Positions 26,676 through 37,452 of a stretch of 64,000 nt of DNA are shown here, piece by piece. Source of the stretch: Takakia lepidozioides (taxonomy: Eukaryota > Plantae > Bryophyta); contig CM060734.1 of assembly GCA_030704615.1 (NCBI GenBank), positions 31,248,001 through 31,312,000 of the forward strand, given 5' to 3'. Each line of letters starts with the position of its first letter. The stretch's first letter is position 1. A program made the translations under genes and the position numbers. The notes under the pieces are model-generated. The model made no database searches. It had not been told where the DNA came from and saw nothing but the letters and a program-made list of their open reading frames with translations.

Positions 26676-26819
26676 TGACTGATGCCTCTGCTGTTTTGAA
26701 GGGATTATACTCCCCGCTCTTCAATCCACATGCTATGGACTATGCTCTGACTGATGCCTCTGCTATTTTGAAGGGATTATACTCCCCGCTCTTCAATCCA
26801 CATGCTATGGACTATGCTC
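26676..26819. repeat. 2 x 72-bp tandem duplication inside the MULE
   Basis: TGACTGATGCCTCTGCT..ATGGACTATGCTC repeated with one mismatch. Confidence 0.93.
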
Positions 26820-27577
26820 TGGACGGCAGGGTTTACATGTTCAACGTCTTTGTTAGCAACATAATGTGGACCTCTTTCATCTCAGTTCAGAGTTTGTTTT
26901 CAAACATGCACCGGCACTCCATCGTAAACGTACATTATAATGTACAATTTCAATTACCAAGTAAGCCTTTGTTTCACATTCGACCAGATTTCATGTCAGT
27001 CGAGGATCAGTTTGTAACGTGCACTGGCACTCCCCTATAAACTGAAACAAATTAATGGACATCTTCAGTCATCAAGTAATATCCTCTTCCCTTATCATGC
27101 ACAGGTCCGTGCACCCCATGCACAACAACAATTGCTATGTATCCACAACGTGGTCATATTTGAACATGACACTTTTACATCAACACTAATTGGAAGTCAA
27201 CACCATGTTTTCAGCACACTGTAATTGCCATAAAATGTGGGATAAGCAACATATGTACACAAAGATCATTCTTCTACCACGTCAACCTGCTAAGGAAATG
27301 TTTGGCCCTCCGCTGGAATGTGTTTTTTCCCGCTCCCTATCATGTACTACATTCAGAATGACCTGACTCGAACTGACACAATATCATGAACCATGTAACA
27401 CATACATACATACAATTGATACATACATCGCAGCTCCATAAGTGGCACTAAGGAGTCCTGGATTCTAGGTCGTTTCTCATTTGCTTCTTTCCATCGCCCT
27501 CTCATTTCTTACTCCTTTGAGCTGCCCATCACATTGTGCTTCTGACTTCCCTCTCCTTGCAGTCCGCTTCCTTTTCA

Positions 27578-28305
27578 ATGGCCGACTTTACCAGTTCTTC
27601 CTCCATTCCGTGGCTACAGGAGCAAGCTGAGGTTGATGAAGACACAATGAAGGAGCTGTTGGGTGACCTTGGCGGCATGGGGTCCCGCATTTCCGTTCTC
27701 GAAGCTTTGGTGGACTGGTCACAACCAACAACAGGGGACATTATTCTCAAGGGACACGACTCTGCAGGTAGAGTGGCTTGGTGTGGTTTCTATGATGAAA
27801 GTACTATTGACTGTTCAAAGCTTCCAAACACGATGGTTCTGAGGTCCAAATTCTTGTGTGCCCCCAATGAGGAGTGGGGTCCATATCAACTAGGTTTGGA
27901 TCCAGACAAGGAGAATGAATGCTTTCATGTTCTCACTGTATTCCAGTGGATGGGCGGAGGTTGGGACTCCATCAAGCTGATTGACGCTCTTCCCTCCCCT
28001 ATTTGGAGGATGCTTCAGCGAAGGCATACACCAGATAGGCCATCGACTGCTGCTGGAGTGTCACCCTTGAGGGTGACACAATGCATGTGATGTTTGCATC
28101 ACATATGCACATGCCAAAGAATGGCTCGTCAGTTTTCCTGCGTGTTGTACCTGACTGGGGGGGCAACCATTTCCATCACTCTGTTTATTTCTTTCGTTGG
28201 GATGGGCGAGTTTGCGTATGGAAGGAGCGAATGGTTAGGCTGCAGGTGGATGTTCCTTCATATGACTGGAACTTCAAGGAGGTGGACTGGCTAGAGGCAG
28301 CATGA
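27578..28305 (+). pseudogene. MULE cargo ORF A, unknown protein (~240 aa, one frameshift)
   Basis: Protein-like reading MADFTSSSSIPWLQEQ..GRVAWCGFYDE..FQWMGGGWDS continues in another frame as HVMFASH..YFFRWDGRVCVW..DWLEAA*. Preceded by a pyrimidine tract and TTGCAG. Confidence 0.6.
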
Positions 28306-29042
28306 ACGTAAAAGCATTGCAGGACTGGAGTTTGACGTGTTTTGCATTGGGCCCGGGTTTGAAGTAGCACATGTGCATGGCCTAGGGGTCTGATTTCGGA
28401 TGTGCATGTGGATTGTCAAGTGTGAATAAAAATTCATGTTCAATTTCAGAAGATGAATTCAGGTGTGTAATCTACATGAAGTTTTGGTAAACATTGCCCG
28501 GCTGCATGTGTATCTGCATTATCACAGTTTGTTTTTGCCTTCAGTTTCAGTTTCGTTACTGTTAAACTCATGGGTGATACAATGTACCACCAATGTGAAA
28601 GTGAAAGGCAGTATGTATTTCCATGGTTTGGTTGTGAATATGCATATGGATGAAAAATGCATGTACATGTGAGACAGATGGAAAACGGTTGGTGACAGTG
28701 CCATTATGTAACGCACTTGTAACGCCTACACTGTCGGTGGCATGTCCCCGTCATTGTCTCGCCCAGGTTGTTGTCACTCTGGCCGAGGGTTCATGTAACA
28801 CAGGTTGTGCATCATTGGGAGGATATAAACGGTTCTAGAATAGACAGCTCTCGCACTTCTCCATTTCATTGTCTTCACTTTTTCTTTGTGTTGCAGGTGT
28901 TAGGGTCTTCTTGTACATCTCATATTATCAGTTTGCACTCTTGTTACTACTTCTGAATTTAGGCTGAGTTTGTGTTGCAAGTTCGAGGGTTGTCATCTTT
29001 GCAGTTTCCCTCACACTTTGCACAGTTCAGCTTCCATTGTCC

Positions 29043-29479
29043 ATGGATTCCACCCCAACATCCACTTTTCGCGCCAAGGTCTCTGAAATATTGTACAAAG
29101 CCCTCATTGCTGTTTCTGCCATGCCTTCTCACACATTCTTCAGAAGATTGAAACCGAAGCGGGGCAGGACAAAGTCTGGAATTACCACACTGTGGACTCA
29201 GTGCGCTGCATGACAGTTGACTTGGGGGCTTTGGAGTGCGTCTATACTATGGACGAGGAGGAGCAGTCAGGTGTTTTCCTTTGCCATGTTCTTATGGGAT
29301 TTGTGGACAAGCTCATTTTCAAGACATTCAAGTACTGCACCTCTTTGTTTGATGGGGAGGCCCCAGTAGATTGGGGTTATCATATCTCCCTGGATGCGGA
29401 TTGGGTGCAGGACCTGCTGGCACTCATCCCAGCCTCCATGCAAGGCATGATAGTTGTGGATCCAAGTTCAGATGTGTAG
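29043..29479 (+). pseudogene. MULE cargo ORF B, unknown small acidic protein (one frameshift)
   Basis: ATG at 29043 (MDSTPTSTFRAKVSEILYKAL) shifts to HILQKIETEAGQDKVWNYHTVDSVRC..DWVQDLLALIP..DPSSDV*. Confidence 0.45.
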
Positions 29480-30759
29480 TGTTTGAACATGCGGCTGTTT
29501 TTTCTGGCAGTTCTAAAGTCAGGCCATATTCTCACAGCAATGTGTAGGTGCTGTAGCTATTCTGTAACTCAGAAATGATGTACATGTTGTTTTGTCGGTA
29601 GAGAATGATTCATGTGGCACCCACTTTTCATTGAGGGTTTTCATATCACGCGCACATGTAATTGACGCTTCTCATGAGTTTCATACATGCACCTTTATGC
29701 TAAAATGATCAATAATCATTCTTCTCACTTGAACGTTGAAATACTTAATGAATCCTGGCCACGAATTTGCCCTCAAGGATTGTTTGTTTACATGCATATG
29801 ACCCTGTGTCTTTCCATGGCTCCACAAACCATGTACACCTGAAAGGGTGGTTTCCAGCAGTGAAGGAAATGGAGAAGCCATGCAACCTTTGTCCCCTGTG
29901 TCTTTGAACTGAAATTGAAATGACTTATCTCTCGTGCCTTTCATGTATTGCACATGGTATTACATACTTCTTCTGTGGCCAGTGCACATGTATAGCAGAT
30001 GGTCAAGGATTCTAATTCTGGTGCCAGTCCACACCCATCTTGAATTAGAGCATCAGGTCATTGCAGGTTTCACCAACTGTCATGTTTTTTACATACCACA
30101 GTGACGTATGAATTTTCGTATCAGCCTGCTGCCCTCCACAGTATGGAGAATTGTTTTTTGGCCACGTACAGGGATAGCATGATGACCACAATATCAGGTG
30201 GGATTGATGCCAACACATACAGATGCTTCAGATTTAGCACATATGCAGCCTTCCAAATGTTGCTGCTGCTCTTGGCTCCCAAACATGATGACTTCCACTT
30301 TCGTTTTAAAGTCCTTGAAAAAGCAAGTATGAATGGAAAATAAATAAAATAAACTTACACAGGTAAATGTACATAAGTGGAAGTATTTGGACAGCACCGT
30401 GGTCTGCTATATGGCCAAGTAGTCTACGAAAGTGCTCTCATATGTAATGCAGTGCATAAACTAGTCTGTCATGTATATAATTGAAGTACGGGAGCAGGTT
30501 TTTCAGTGCCAGGGTTTTGAAACGTGACATGTATTACATGTTATATTGGCGGGAAATCCCATTCGTTCGCTTCATGTAAAGAATCATGCAAACAACATTA
30601 TTTGTCTGCAGATCCCACCATTGAGGGACTCCGTCCTTTCAGTTCATTGCATTTTTTCTTGTCTGAGACGTTCTCCTCCTCATTGCATTCTGTGGTGTCT
30701 GAGACGTTATCCTCCTCATTTTCATTTACAGCCGTCATTTTCGTCGTTCTGTCTTTGCT

Positions 30760-31590
30760 ATGGCGTACACATCTGCCGCCACTGCTTCAGAGTTGAAGGT
30801 GGGTGTACAGGATGCACGAGACATTTCGGAATCCCTCCCGCATTCTTCCACAGGGACACCGACTGTTGTAAGCAACATTGTTTTTGGGGCTGGGATGCTG
30901 AAGCACATCTTGATTGAGGGCGTCATCCTAATGTACAAGCCGAATGCCCCGAAAACATATGGGGTCGAGTATGTCACAATGGGCATCCATGTGGGCATTT
31001 GGGATGTCATTGCCATGGCAGCAGAAGACAACGATTACCGTCTGGACAACACTATGAAGGCTCGCAAATCCGGGGACCATGTCTGGATGGAGGTCAACAT
31101 TCGGAGTGAGGACAACATATTCTGGATGGTGGAGGCTGATACATCTGGGGTGCTGGCCAAAATTCCAGTTTTGGATCTGAGAAGGCAATGTGCATTAGAC
31201 ATGGGGGTTGGAGAGACATGTGTCTTGGAATACGTTGCGCGAACCTTTGAGTGGTATGGTCCACAGACACTTGCACGTTGGGTGAACATGCACAGGCGGT
31301 GGGCTGCTTTTTTTGAGAGGAACCATGCTGCATGGGAATTCATCATAAGACCCCATGCACGCTGCCCTGTATGCATGTATCACTACACAAATCCTAATGG
31401 CAGCCATCGGGGACCTTACGATACATTGATCCACCATTGTGCAACATATCGCAGGTGTTGGAGGGTGGAGCACAAAACTTTGGCATGCATTATATTTAAT
31501 ATCCTAACAGAAGATGACATTCGAGCGGTGTATCCGTTTTTACCGTCAATGGACTATGCATATGAGTACGACTGGCTTGTCAATGGGTAG
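30760..31590 (+). CDS. MULE cargo ORF C, intact 276-aa protein with C-terminal zf-XS-like C2H2 finger
   Basis: Uninterrupted ATG-to-TAG ORF. RRWAAFFE..RCPVC-x17-HHCAT..RVEHKTLACII resembles the SGS3 finger pattern KWFKKFF..CPAC..LLAHART..KLHRELAEVL. Confidence 0.7.
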   Translation: MAYTSAATASELKVGVQDARDISESLPHSSTGTPTVVSNIVFGAGMLKHILIEGVILMYKPNAPKTYGVEYVTMGIHVGIWDVIAMAAEDNDYRLDNTMKARKSGDHVWMEVNIRSEDNIFWMVEADTSGVLAKIPVLDLRRQCALDMGVGETCVLEYVARTFEWYGPQTLARWVNMHRRWAAFFERNHAAWEFIIRPHARCPVCMYHYTNPNGSHRGPYDTLIHHCATYRRCWRVEHKTLACIIFNILTEDDIRAVYPFLPSMDYAYEYDWLVNG

Positions 31591-31751
31591 TTCTTATGTG
31601 AGTGAGAAGGCAATGCAAGAAAACATTGTTGTGTTGTTTGCTTCAGTTAAGAAGCACATGAAGAAATTTTCACAATGATGCACATCATTGTAGGCATGTC
31701 AGGATAGTGTGTATAATGAAATTGAGCATTGCAATGACAACACAAAACTTT

Positions 31752-33300
31752 TCATTTCAGTTTGCTGCGACAACTGTACCGAGTTCTGGTCCTAGGCTGC
31801 GAAAGGTGGGTAGCAAGGACAGCAGGTTGCACAGGGTCTTTAGGAACTCTAAGATATGGTGGTCGTGCATATGGGAGGCCATGTCCTCCTCCACCCTCCA
31901 ATTCTGCCATAACCAAATTGCGAATGTTCCCTCTCTTTTTCAAAGCAGCCTCAACGGGGAACCATTGCAGGTTCAGCTACAAACAAGTTCCTACACTGAG
32001 AAACTGCACCGCAAAACTATAGTAGGGGAAGCACGTTGAAAGCAATGGCCATGAGCACTTCAGCAAGCAAAGCATCCGTATTACAGTATTGGAGAGTGTG
32101 CTTACCGGGCCTGCGCCACCTGGTTTTGGGTTCACAAATGTTTCTTCCAAGTACACATCAATGTAATGAGCAGTAAACATGCCACACTCCCAGTTAGAGA
32201 CTTGTTGGGGCACAGGGGGGGTCATCCACCGCTTTGGGTGTGTGGCCTCTGTCCACTTTGGGTTTGGAGGGTATAATCCTCGCAGTACAGCCCACACTCT
32301 TGCAAACAAAGGCTTCAACATCTTGTGTTCATGCAGGCTTTTAATGCTATTGTAGTGAAGGTAGCGCTCGTGTTCCAAAATAAGAACACTCCAGTGGTTG
32401 CTACACAAAACATCACACCTTCAGCTTAGTCCTCATCAGGATGTGCATGAAATAGAACCCATATACACGAAAGTGATAGGAACAGAGGCAGGTTAAATGG
32501 AGAAAACTCACTTAAATGTAACAGGGACAACGAGCACTTCGACACCAATACAGTCAAGGGTAGGGAACCTTGTGTCCACCCAAGCATGTATGGAGCTGAC
32601 TCCGTTTCCAAATTTCTTGCAATGGGTGTGAAGACACATCCAGGCGAACATGTCTAGCACACGAATTTTACTGTACACATTATGTGGAAGGGACAATTTT
32701 TTGCAACACACCCAAAAGTCCATCACACGGTCACTTGTCCAGCCCCTTTCATCCACCAGATCATCTGCATCTTCTAGTCTAAGAGGGATCTGAGGGGACA
32801 ACGAATCTTGGAAGAACCAGACGTCCGTAGTCTTGCTCACCACTGCACCACAACAAATCCTGAACAGACCCCACAGAGCATGTCAAGTGGCTGCATGGAC
32901 AATGTAAGCAGACACTGCAGTTTCAAACAGGATTGAAGGTATACCATAAGATTTACGATAAAGAAGGGTGCACGGGCGTTGAACTCACATCACGTTTTCC
33001 ATCGCCTCATGAATTCTGCGCATCCACGAACACAGTGCATTATGAAAACAGCACAATGTGCATGACAGTTACATTGTATGGGCCAAAGAAACATGTGCAT
33101 GTGCAACGAATGCAAATGCATACCTGGACAATGATTTTTTCCCACGGGCTGCAACTACTTGATTATCGGTGGATGGAAGTTGATATAGCGGAGGATTGTC
33201 TGCGCTGGCAGGTGGAGTGGTATGGGTGGCAATGGGATTGGCAAAGGTAACAGAGCGAGAGCGTTTAGGTCCTTTGTGCACACTCCCATGCACATCACCA
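31752..33300 (-). pseudogene. Ulp1/C48-family SUMO-protease-like gene carried by the MULE (5' end uncertain)
   Basis: Spliced exons ~32842-32511 (GWTSDRVMDFW..VLVVPV) and ~32402-32106 (NHWSVLIL..YNSI..PQQVSNWECGMF). Catalytic His and Cys are present; the expected Asp reads Asn. Confidence 0.8.
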
Positions 33301-33319
33301 TCAAATCGTGCCGTGGCAT

Positions 33320-35946
33320 ATGTGCTGTCAGTTGATCAAGTCTGCTTTGCTTCAATCCACGACTAGAGAAGAGGCCAAACAAGCCTTTGTGGCAGCTTCT
33401 CTGATACTGAAATATGACATTGTCGTGCCCCCCAAACCTGCACCTGTTGCACGCCCAGGTCTCAGCTACCTCATGGACTACAATTTGTTGCCTGATGGGT
33501 TCCCTTCACCTGACAATCCCTGCTTTTTAGAAAGTCTTGTTGCACTTGTGGGGAGCGCGGAATTTGCTAATAGTATGATGGGTAAAGCGTATGGTCAATG
33601 GTTCGTCCGACGCATGGTAATACCTCTTCTAATCCTCTCCTGCACTGACCGCCCTCTTTTTTCTGTCATACATGTTTTTCCATCTGTGAGCACGCATTTA
33701 AGTCGTGGAATGGTCACGTTCTCCTGCATTTGTATTCCAACATCTATATTGTAAGGTTGTTCTTCTTGGAGGCACATGTATACGCATGTAGCTGAAGCCC
33801 GTGGCGTTTTCTTCACCATGCACATTGGTGTGAGAATATTGTCATTTACAACTCAAGATCTGCAGCACCATTGTCTTATATGCATTTGAATTTGAACAGA
33901 TTGTTTTGCATGGGTTTTGTTTTCATGCATTGTAATGTGCCTGTTTGGATTGCTTTTCTGTCCATGACCTTCATTATGGGAGGGGTCTGTTCTAATGTCA
34001 GTACAAATCTGTTTCATGGTGTGGTAGCAGCATGATGCACCACCGCAGGAGGAGGCACTTCTTCGCAAGACATTGGCGTGCTTTTCAATACGTCCTGGTT
34101 TTACTCCTGACCATGCAGCTCAATACGCTGAGTGCAATGATGTTGTCAAATACCACAAGTGCAGGGCTGCCATCATGGACTGTGACATGAAGGAGGTTGT
34201 TGCTCAGGCTGCATTGGAGAGTACAAGAACTCAGTTTGTGGAGGCTGGATTGCATAAATGGGACAGACAGGTCAATGACGAAATACATGAGAGTAAATGG
34301 GGCTGGTCCCCACTTTTCAAAATTATCAAGGCGGGTGACATCCCAGAGCTCTCAAATAATATGTTCACACATTCGCAGGAGGAAGCCCACATGTTCATGG
34401 CCATTTTGGCAGGAAGTCGAAACACAACACCACCTCCGAAAACACCGCAGTTCATGCGGGTTTTGCGTCTCATTTGGATGTGTCACGTTCAGAAGACAAT
34501 TCCCCTGTCCACACCAAGGAACTCTGTGTTGCGCGACCTCCTCCACCAACTTCTAGACACACCCGAGGGTCACGTGGCCATTACAAATGCAGCCAATAAT
34601 TTTCTTGAGATTGGATACTTTCTATATGGTTGCATGGCACCATACGAGCAGGCTCGAAGGGAGCTGCTGGACTCTGTGGCAGACCTTCTGGAGAGACAGA
34701 AAGACGACCAAGACCGCGCCATACAGTTGCTGCAGACTTTTATGCAGCAAGTCAGATGCAGGACTATCCGTGACCATGCCATTGTTAATCGTACAGCTTT
34801 TGAGGTCTTGTGGTGTGGAGGGGGACAACCAGGAATGGGGGTTGATAAAGCCATCCTTGAATTTACTGAAATGTTGAGGTATCGCGAGGACTTGGACATG
34901 GGGTGGCTTCCTTGCCCACCAGGTATGTCATTACAATGCTTTCGAATGTCCACGCTGCAAGATTTCATTGAATTAGAAAATAATATTGTCCACCATGTTC
35001 TCATGTGCTGAATCCATCCTTAACCCGGCCTCATGTGCAACATCTGCTTTGGATGTGTGCAGGCAGCTTCGACTATGGTGAATCCCCAGTGTTGCAAGCT
35101 TTGAAAAATTTGAAACACAATGCAGATGCTCTCATCACGGCCAGGCAGGGGGTGGCTGAAGCACGTTTTGCAAAAGCGGGTGGTGATGTTGGCAAGTGGG
35201 TTGTCATCCACCGACCGCATACACCACCCATCACAGCAAAAACCGCACACCTTGTAGACATCCAAGAGAATGCAAATATCGCGACACTGTGCAATGCTGC
35301 TGAGCTTGCCACCAAATCCATGCCTCAGTCAGAAAATGAAGAACATGAGGTGCAGCAGGCGGCGGAAACAGGTCCTCTCTGTCCCAGGACTGCAGGCATG
35401 CCCTCAGAGGGCAATATTGATGACCTTGCATCCACAACCAACGGTGGGAAAGCGATTGTGTGCCGGTCTGATGATGAGGCATCACGACTTCTGAGCCACC
35501 TCCCCGAACACCATGTGCCATTTGCTGAAGTCTGTGCCGACCTTCTTTGTCCGGAAACAGGTCCCCTGACTCAACTTGAAATGGACTTGTCTTGCAGTCT
35601 GGTATTCCCTGACTTTGATAGACCGCCTCCCCCTATGGGGTCTTTCACTTCATCACATAACTTTGTGAGTCCTCCCCCCATTTCTGTCTGAGATCCCACT
35701 GATGAGGGTGTAATTGTGCCTGCGGTAACCAATGTCGGGTCGTCTAGAACCCTTCATGGTGAACTGCTTGAACAGTATGATACGCAGCATTGGCACATTA
35801 TGGCCTTGCCCTCCCCCCTTCGTCGTTTCAAGCTGATTTTTTATGGTCTGAATACTCCGTCTAGAGTTGGTGCCTCTGTATGTGTCCTCGTTGGTGGGTT
35901 TGGTAGCATGGTAGTTTCCTTGTCCATTGCCAAGTCCCCCGCCTGA
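33320..35946 (+). pseudogene. MULE cargo gene D, large unknown mostly helical protein (one or more introns, one frameshift)
   Basis: Exon ~33320-33616 ends at a GTAATA donor. A 312-codon open frame at 34073-35011 shifts into a 228-codon frame at 35005-35691, which continues past a TGA to 35946. Confidence 0.6.
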
Positions 35947-37130
35947 AGAGGTACATGGGAGTCCTTAGCTGGTAGCCGCAAATGCCTCCTCCGCTTCATT
36001 TGTGGCTGAAATTGGTCTTCACCCCCACTGTCCTCCCGGCCCACCTTCGCCCGCGAGTTTTTGCGCGGCAGATGCCCATGGTCCTTCAGAATAGTCTCCA
36101 TCAACGCCCTCTGACCGGCTTCAAACACAGGGTACATTTTTAGTTTAGCCCCACCTTTCCCAACAGCAGCACACCCATTTATCCTGTGAACGTTTAATTT
36201 TTTTTGTCTTTATACACTGTTTACAGTAGATACATATGAACGGCTTCCTGTTATATCCCCGGGTTCATCAAGCCTTGCCTCGTGTGAGCCTCGCAAATCA
36301 GTGCTTCCCACTCATCAGTATCATATTCCTCATGGTATACCCGACGCGCTTCGAGCATGGTGGATTTTTTCACCATTTCGGAAGTACAGGTAGACAGCGT
36401 AGACCACTCCTGCCCTGAAGAAGCCGACGTTCATGTTAAGGCACAAACTGAGAGTGCGAATGGGTACTAACATGGGCCCTCACAACGAAGTATAAGCCAT
36501 TTCCATTCTGGTCGCCACCATCTTGTATAACCGAAAGAAGCCATGCATTTGGCACACGAAGAATGCATTGGAGGGAAGAGCAAGACATTGGCAACACAAT
36601 GCCAATGGGAACACAATGCGACGACGTAAAAAAAATCCACAAAACTCACATTAATCTCTGAACCCTAAAGACAGACTTATGGAGGCCTTCTAGCTTCACC
36701 TGCAACACGAGAATGATATAGGCAGATCAACAAAAGCTCCCGAGCATGAGAAAATGAAAAGGAAGGCGTTTCGGTATACGTACACTTCCTTCCGAATCGT
36801 GTTGCACAAGATCCAAGCGCTACTTACATGAAAAAAGCGGGCGAAGGGTGTGTAACCAAAGCAAATGAGAAACATGAAACAGGAAAGACTGACGCTGCTG
36901 AGAACCTCCTCCGAAAGCGCTTTCCTACGGGGCATATTTTTCACGGCACTGAACTTGCCACAACGTCTGCACATGATGTTTCCAAAACACGCACTACGAC
37001 ATCGATAGAGACGGTGGCATGGTTCAAGTGACGTGGTTGAGGAGAGACGTTCCCTTGCATATGAAGCGTCGCCTTCAGCGTGTCTGTAAGCAGCTGACAA
37101 TCACTTCCGCAAATCACGATCACGTCCTAA
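35841..37130 (-). pseudogene. MULE cargo gene E, unknown spliced gene read inward from the right TIR
   Basis: Minus-strand protein-like segments MLEARRVYHEEYDTDEWEALICEAHTRQG (~36360-36270) and KMYPVFEAGQRALMETILKDHG..KRRRH (36140-35841) are separated by T-rich introns with CAG acceptors. Confidence 0.4.
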
Positions 37131-37375
37131 TCTGTATGCAATTATGAACAATGCATGTATGAGCATGTATGAGCAGACATGCATACATGTGGGACGATGC
37201 ATGCATGTATGACAACCTTCACATATGGATGCATGCATGGTGGTAATACAGTTGAAGTAAAACCGTTTCATGTATTATGTGGGTGACGGCCTCACCGGGG
37301 ACGAAGGCCGGGCGGGGGAGACAGGAAGCCCAATCGCGGCGACTGCGGGCCCGCGGCGTTGCCGCCATGGGGGCG

Positions 37376-37443
37376 AGGGGAGGGCCACGTAGGCAGCCCC
37401 GCTGATGGCGCATTAAACTCCAGGGCCTCTTCTATTACTTGCC
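37376..37443 (-). repeat. Right TIR (68 bp perfect; imperfect similarity extends to ~37330)
   Basis: Exact reverse complement of 23031-23098. Confidence 0.97.
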
Positions 37444-37452
37444 CTCGCAGCG
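37444..37452 (+). repeat. Target-site duplication, right copy (CTCGCAGCG)
   Basis: Identical to 23022-23030. Confidence 0.93.

Larger units (their letters stand above)
23031..37443 (+). mobile_element. Complete 14,413-bp Mutator-like element (MULE) with multiple cargo genes
   Basis: TIRs start GGCAAGTAATAGAAGAGGCC at both ends. A 9-bp direct repeat CTCGCAGCG flanks the element (23022-23030 and 37444-37452). Internal DDE-SWIM transposase and Ulp1-like gene. Confidence 0.95.

Noticed and set aside
26676-26819. Direct repeats as a CRISPR-like array
   Set aside because: Contiguous duplication with no spacers, in a eukaryotic context with no cas genes.
32933-33250. Trp-rich plus-strand ORF (WQVEWYGWQWDWQR)
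   Set aside because: Trp excess is expected from the antisense of a Pro-rich (CCA) minus-strand exon.
34570-35004. 144-aa minus-strand ORF
   Set aside because: In-register antisense shadow of the 312-codon plus ORF.
23023-37451. Alternative boundaries 23030-37444 with a 7-bp TSD (TCGCAGC)
   Set aside because: Moving each end in by one base gives a perfect 9-bp TSD, which fits the Mutator-type transposase.
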